From assembly GCF_001194135.2 (NCBI RefSeq), contig NC_069008.1, forward strand, positions 2,115,566 to 2,172,845: a DNA stretch of 57,280 nt. The letters are read 5' to 3'. The stretch's first letter is position 1, and every line of letters starts with the position of its first letter. Under the pieces are notes generated by a model. The model ran no database searches and was not told the origin of the DNA. It worked only from the letters and a program-made list of their open reading frames with translations. Position numbers and translations under genes: made by a program. Source of the stretch: Octopus bimaculoides (taxonomy: Eukaryota). Positions 51,648 to 57,280 of this stretch are shown one piece after another.

Positions 51648-52625
51648 TTATTTTTCTGTATGAATAAGTGCATGTGTAACTAAGTTACGTTTCAAGGTAA
51701 AAGATTTACTACAGATATCGCAGCGGTACGGTTTCTCACCTGTATGAATACGTCTGTGGTTAATTAAGTTACTATATCTAGAGAATGATTTACCACAGGT
51801 ATCACAGGGATATGGCCTCTCCCCTGTATGAACACGTATATGCTTACTTAGATTACTGCTTCCTGAGAAGGATTTACCACAAACGCTACACTGATATGGT
51901 TTCTCACCTGTATGAATACGTTTATGTGTAGTTAAGTCACTACTTCCAGAGAATGATTTACCACAGATATCACAATGATATGGCTTCTCTCCTGTGTGAA
52001 TACGTTTGTGTTTAGTCAAATGACTATGTCTAGAGAATGGTTTAGTACAGATGTCGCATTGATATGGCTTCTCACCTGAATGGATACGTTTGTGTGTACT
52101 TAAGTCACTATTTGCAGAGAATGATTTACCACAGATATCACAAGGATATGGCCTCTCCCCTGTATGAACACGTATATGTTTACTTAGATTACTAGTTCCC
52201 GAGAAGGATTTACCACAAACATCACATTGATATGCTTTCTCACCTGTATGAATACGTTTGTGTGTAGTTAAGTCACTATTTCCAGAGAATGATTTACCAC
52301 AGATATCACAATGATATGGTTTCTCTCCTGTATGAATACGTTTGTGTTTTGTTATGTGACTACTTCTAGAGAAAGATTTACCGCAGATATCACACTGATA
52401 TGGTTTCTCCCCTGTATGAATACGTTTGTGTATAGTCAAGCCACTACTTCCAGAGAATGATTTGCCACAAATCTCACAGTGATAAGGCTTCTCTCCTGTA
52501 TGAATACGTCTGTGTTTCACAAGGTCACTTTTTCGAGAGACTGACTTTTCACAAATATCGCATGGGTAAGATGATTTTCCAATCTCTTTTAACATCTCAC
52601 CAGTTAAAACCACTCCCTTTTCCAT
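51648..52625 (-). CDS. C2H2 zinc-finger protein G9, 325 aa, 11 fingers; paralog of G4
   Basis: [22 protein letters not shown]..., ending LIHTEK*-CTG. Acceptor AG at 53262-53261. Confidence 0.95.
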   Translation of the reverse strand: MEKGVVLTGEMLKEIGKSSYPCDICEKSVSRKSDLVKHRRIHTGEKPYHCEICGKSFSGSSGLTIHKRIHTGEKPYQCDICGKSFSRSSHITKHKRIHTGEKPYHCDICGKSFSGNSDLTTHKRIHTGEKAYQCDVCGKSFSGTSNLSKHIRVHTGERPYPCDICGKSFSANSDLSTHKRIHSGEKPYQCDICTKPFSRHSHLTKHKRIHTGEKPYHCDICGKSFSGSSDLTTHKRIHTGEKPYQCSVCGKSFSGSSNLSKHIRVHTGERPYPCDTCGKSFSRYSNLINHRRIHTGEKPYRCDICSKSFTLKRNLVTHALIHTEK

Positions 52626-52694
52626 TATTTTTCATTTTTCACTAAAATATTCTTTTTTCTTGCCTTCTTTTGAATAATCTATTTCATAGAAATA

Positions 52695-52960
52695 GTTACC
52701 ATCATCATTTAGCATCCATTTCCCATGGTGGCAGGGGTCAGACAGTTTCACTAGGAGTTGATATGCTGGAGAGCTGCCCTGGACTGAAGTCTGTTTTTGC
52801 TTGGTCTCTATGGCTGGATGTCCTTAATGCTAACCTTCCCACAGTGTACTGGGTACCTTTTACAGGTCACCAACACTGACCATGATTATGATTTCACTTG
52901 GCTTGACATATCTTCTCAGACACAGCAAATAGCCAAATGTCTTGGTCATTATTTCTACAT
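52695..52960 (-). mobile_element. Family C / RTE 3'UTR-like insertion inside the G9 5' leader
   Basis: Absent from the homologous G4 leader. Carries the GTG..TGAGAAGA...CAAGCCAAGTGAAATC motif and a (GAT)n tail. Confidence 0.7.
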
Positions 52961-53579
52961 TCCCAGCAACTGTGATTGGTGTCAATATTTGAAGACGATG
53001 CAAATACCTTTGTAAAATTTCTGAACATAATTAATATACAAAATCCTTTTTGAACACATCCCAGGTATTGAAATCAAGAAGCATTAATATTTATCTTAGT
53101 TTAGAGGAAATGTTTCACATTAATTTTCCCATTTATATGAACAGGATTATATTTATCTTCCACATTTCACAGGACATTTTCCTTTGGTCTTTAAGACATG
53201 ACAAATATTGACAATGGATCTGATGTAAATGGTTCTTTTATGCCAATGTCACCTGGAAATCTGAAATAATAAAGAAACAGTATAAGACATAGAGGATGAC
53301 ACATTTTAATACTGATAAACCTGTGAATGAACAATTAAATTTCATTATCAATTTGTTGTTCAAATCATGTGAAATCTATTGTGCCATACAAGCACTACAA
53401 TAACATGATGTAGAGTGGTTGTGTGTCTATTCAACTGCCATCTGTCCCAGCCACCGAGCAGACCATCTTTTATCTACAACAATGTATTTAACAATGTGAA
53501 CCTAAGTACATTTAGTTTTGTATCATTACAACAAAATCTGCCACAGCTACATCATCAGATTGTATAACGTTACCTATAT

Positions 53580-53813
53580 CAGCGGTTCTCAACCAGGGTC
53601 CATATAAGATTTTGTTGTTAAAATTTATGAGCAATAAACTGCTTATATTTCTACAATACAAAAAGTATTTGAATTTTTTAAATTACTAATGATATTCAGT
53701 ACTAAAAATATAATAGAATTTTTTAAGCATTGAATGGCTGTAAGTGTCTACCCACGTAAAATAAGAACCAAAGGGGTATATAGGTAAAAAAAAAAAAATG
53801 GTTGAGAATCACA
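53580..53813. mobile_element. hAT-like MITE (CAG(C/T)GGTTCTCAACC TIR)
   Basis: The right end GGTTGAGAATCACAG is complementary to the left end. A truncated copy sits at the equivalent position in the G4 unit (24017-24215), with related pieces near 9848 and 26747. Confidence 0.7.
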
Positions 53814-55080
53814 GATGTCATCATCATCGTTTAACGTCCGCTTTCCATGCTAGCATGGGTTGGACGATTTGACTGAGGACTGGTGGACCAAGAGGCGACA
53901 CCAAGCTCCAATCTGATGTGTATGAAACTATTGAATGGTGAAGGATAAGATTATTCTATCATCAGAAACATCATTTTTGTTCCATCGTTATTATTTAACC
54001 CCTGTTTCCAGCACCATCCAGTTACTTCCACTTACTCTTATGTAACACGAGTAGGCATTTAGCTCTTCTACATTAACAAACCTTTTCTGGCCCCTTTTTT
54101 CATACTTTAACAACTCAACACCTAGCATTAACCTGCCACCCTTTCTACTGTATTCCCACTCAGTAGAAGGGTATCTTAGTCTTGGGAGCTGGTGGCTAAC
54201 TTCACTATAGAAGGGAAGGAATGAACATAAAGTGTAACTCAGTTGATTTACAGGGTGTTCAGGCTAAATTTGACAATTTTCTAATGTCTTGTCTCCTTTT
54301 TTGATTTTTTTCCCAAACAACCTGATGTATTGGTGAATAGCCAATGTTGTTGGAGAGAATAAAGATTAAAGTTGTAGTTGAGAAAAAATTAGCTGAGATG
54401 GAGGACTGGAAGCCATCTGAATAAGGGAAAAGAGTCACCTGTACTATGATGATTAGCATTGGTAATTAAAATTCTAACATCGTGACTAATGCTCAATGTT
54501 CTGCAAAAACAGTAAAAGCTATAAGACTTAACATGGACATCACAGAAACCATCTTCCCCACTAAATGTGAGAGATGATTTGGGGGTGTCTCCAGTAAGGT
54601 TGATGTCATGCCACCCCACATCTTTGAAGAGAGCCTTGAGCTCAATTCGGGCGGACATCTGGAGCTGCTAGAGACTATAGTCAAACTCTGGCTAGAGAGG
54701 GTTGCTGCTGGAAGTCCATATGTGTGGCAGCAGGGTTTGGCTTCTTGCCACACCTTCAGAAACAGTCACATGTGGTTGTCAGAAATTTTTTACGACTTCA
54801 CAAGCCCTGATTATTGGCCTCCTAATTCCCTTGATTGTAATCCCATGGATTACTATGCATGGGTCACGGTCGAGAAAGGCACCAGTCACTCTGACTGCAA
54901 GAGGAAGAGCAAGCAGTTGTCAGAAGGTCTTCCAAGAGACACAGAGAGGAACGCATCGGTTCGATTCCAGAGCTGTCTTGAGGTCATGGTGACAGCTGAG
55001 GGTGGTTACTTTGAATAATCTGTAATTTTCCAGCTATAATCCAGTTGATATTTCTTTTATTTCTTCGATAATTGTTCAGT

Positions 55081-55833
55081 TTGGTTAGATTAAAAAAGTA
55101 AATGAAAATTAAAGGAGAGAGAACCCAACTTCTTCCACAACATTTGTTGTTGTTGGCACTCTGTTGCTTATGACGACGGAGGTTCCAGTTGATTCGATCA
55201 ACGGAACAGCCTGCTCGTGAAATTAACGTGCAACTGGCTGAGCACTTCACAGACACGTGTACCCTTAACGTAGTTCTCGGGGATATTCAGCGTGACACAG
55301 TGTATGACAAGGCTGACCCTTTGAACTACAGGTACAACAGAAACAGGAAGAAAGAGTGAGAGAAAGTTGTGGTGAAAGATTACAGCAGGGTTCGCCACCA
55401 TCCTCTGCCGGAGCCTCGTAAAGCTCTAGGTAGGTGTTTTTGCTCAATAAACACTCACAACGCCCGGTCTGAGAATCGAAACCGCGAGTCCGCTGCCTTA
55501 ACCACTGGGCCATTGCGCCTCCTACACAACATAAACAGTGGCAAAATGACTTCTCTCAAAAAACGAAGGGTAACGAACAGATTTGCTCCATTTATAACGC
55601 TTGCAGTGCCATAATTTTCCATCAGTAACATCAGCACGGGTAGTAAGGCTACATGCTGAATTACAATTTTCACAGGTGTACATATTCATAATTAGTCGAC
55701 GCCGTGCCAACCACTGAAGAATGTTGTCTCCAGCTTTTCCTTACTGAATGACAGTCCACGATTCCTCTAAGATTTCCTTCTTTTACTACTTATCTCCCCC
55801 TTAATTTTTATTTACTTTTTTTAGTCTAACCAA
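55081..55833 (-). mobile_element. Merlin/IS1595-like element relic nested in the mariner
   Basis: ~40 bp inverted repeats at 55081-55120 and 55793-55833. Minus strand reads ILQWLARRRLIMNMYTCENC...DGKLWHC...SVRYPSFFERSH, resembling the zinc-ribbon N-terminus of ISXO2/Merlin transposases. Confidence 0.6.
55144..55522 (-). mobile_element. Family E SINE nested in the Merlin-like element
   Basis: Reverse complement of 5793-6178. CACAACAT at 55136-55143 and 55525-55532 is a candidate TSD. Confidence 0.85.
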
Positions 55834-56345
55834 CCTGTAATTACCCAGTACGTCTAATTTTGGATAGTATATTGTGTTCCCTTTTGCGTAAATTGTCAAA
55901 TTTAACTCCAATACCCTGTATGATCAAATGTTGGTTGTTTTCGGTGGTGTTAGTAATTTTACGGCAGATCAAACGGAAAGAAACATTATATTAACGTAGG
56001 AAAGACGACTATGAATATAAAAGAAACATTTCCTATAAATCAATGAGTAATGCAGGCATTTTTCACGGAGAGGCGCGAAACTGCATTAACTTCAAATCAA
56101 TTTCTCTAAATAAAGCCGTATGACTGGGGTTGTATTCAGTACTTGCTGGGATAACAGAAAACAATATTGGCATCTGACTACTATTTTTTTCTCCCTGCAT
56201 ATTTCTTTCTTAATAATCTTCGATTGTTTCACTCATTAAAGACGTTAACATTAACATAGTATTTTTTATACAGATCAATTATTTAATTTCGTTTTGGGTT
56301 TGGCTTACAAGATTCTTTATGTGATTTCGTGTGTTGAAGCATATA

Positions 56346-56806
56346 CTGTTGTGTCTGGGGAGAGACAGACGGACTATATGTAATCTGAACCTTTCCCCCC
56401 ACCCTTATTTATTAATTTTTTTTTACGGAATCCCACGTTTTAAGCTATGGAGATTCCGATTCTGAAAAAAAATTGTTTGAAAAATCCCCCCCCCCAAGCA
56501 TTTACATGCTAGAAATAACAGCCAAATCTCACAAAACTAGTGTTAGGGTTAGGGTTCAGATTACATATACTCCATCTGGACCGATTTATAATTTAACACA
56601 CTCACCGGTAAAATTTCCACTTATTTCTTTTTCTAAAATTTTCGTTGTGTTTTGCAACCTTTTCAATATTTTTGACCCAAAACTATTAAAAAGGTTGCAA
56701 GACGCAATGAAAATTTTAGAAACATAAAAAAGAAATAAGTGGAAATTTTACCGGTATGTTAAATTATAAGGCACTAAAACAGAATGACTCTCCCCAGACA
56801 CAACAG
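56346..56806. mobile_element. Palindromic foldback MITE interrupted by a second TIR element (56365-56581)
   Basis: 56586-56670 is complementary to 56682-56767. CTGTTGTGTCTGGGGAGAG at the left end pairs with CTCTCCCCAGACACAACAG at the right end. Confidence 0.85.
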
Positions 56807-57039
56807 AATTATTTAATATTTGAGCAATTATAATCCCCAAAGGCAATAAATATTCGATTTCCCACCATTAGGTACATCGTAATCACTACATCTATTTAGT
56901 AGTGAAGGCTATACATTTAATTCTTGTTGTATTATACAATGAATCTATCAAGTTAGTATGGGCACTGTCAGAAGTGAAAGTAGAAAAATCTGACAAGGAA
57001 CGTTACTGCTGGTTTGAGTTGATTCTTTGGCTACTGACA

Positions 57040-57228
57040 GCTAATACCATGACTGGCCGGAGCGAGCTATCTGTCTGTCTGTCTGTCTCTCTATCTATCT
57101 ATCACTCGAAAGTTATTGGAACAAATTTGACACCTATATCCATGCGTTTGAAAACACAACACAGAGTATAAGGGTACTACTAAAGCAGAGTGGTCCCGAA
57201 CGCGCAGTCGCGCGTCCGCGCTAGCTAG
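57040..57228 (+). mobile_element. Short non-autonomous Helitron with a canonical 3' end
   Basis: Hairpin ACGCGC-AGTC-GCGCGT at 57200-57215, then CTAGCTAG|T ending at 57228. Internal (CTGT)n. The 5' end is uncertain. Confidence 0.65.
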
Positions 57229-57280
57229 TCGTGAGTGGTCGATCCTATTATTTTAAAACTTCAAACTTCATTTGTTTTCT

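Larger units (their letters stand above)
54251..55918 (+). mobile_element. Tc1/mariner-superfamily (DD37D, maT-like) element relic with TA-flanked TIRs
   Basis: TA|CAGGGTGTTCAGGCTAAATTTGACAATTT pairs with AAATTGTCAAATTTAACTCCAATACCCTG|TA. ORF 54608-55018 reads VMPPH...WQQG..SCH...WPPNSLDCNPMDY, with 37 residues between the mutated second Asp (now Gly) and the third Asp. Confidence 0.8.

Overview
AT-rich, repeat-dense animal genomic DNA with assembly gaps. It is most likely an octopus (coleoid cephalopod) C2H2 zinc-finger cluster; this is inferred from the finger style and the tRNA-derived SINE and RTE-LINE repeats, not from a database match. The window holds six intact-looking multi-finger C2H2 ORFs (G2 10643-12139, G4 22295-23524, G6 31158-32357, G7 36931-37836, G8 42979-43839, G9 51648-52625), three pseudogenes (G1, G3, G5) and several fragments. 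No KRAB, SCAN, BTB or ZAD domain is visible. All genes except G7 appear to be copies of one cassette, and each copy retains some or all of its parts: an upstream noncoding module, a conserved branch point and acceptor, a long leader, one finger-coding exon, a TAACTG stop and a conserved 3'UTR block. A ~6 kb same-orientation segmental duplication links the G4 and G9 units. Interspersed are several SINE families, RTE-clade LINE relics (one ~2.5 kb with endonuclease and RT), Helitron termini, foldback MITEs and a nested DD37D mariner > Merlin > SINE stack. The most unexpected features are (1) an isolated, splice-intact M1 aminopeptidase catalytic exon (GGMEN...HEIAH) just downstream of a Helitron relic, (2) Penelope-type repeats whose three damaged copies reconstruct a minimal hammerhead ribozyme, and (3) independent retroelement insertions right after the stop codon in two paralogs. 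Gene (G1-G9) and repeat-family (A-E) labels are mine. Repeat boundaries were read by eye and are approximate.
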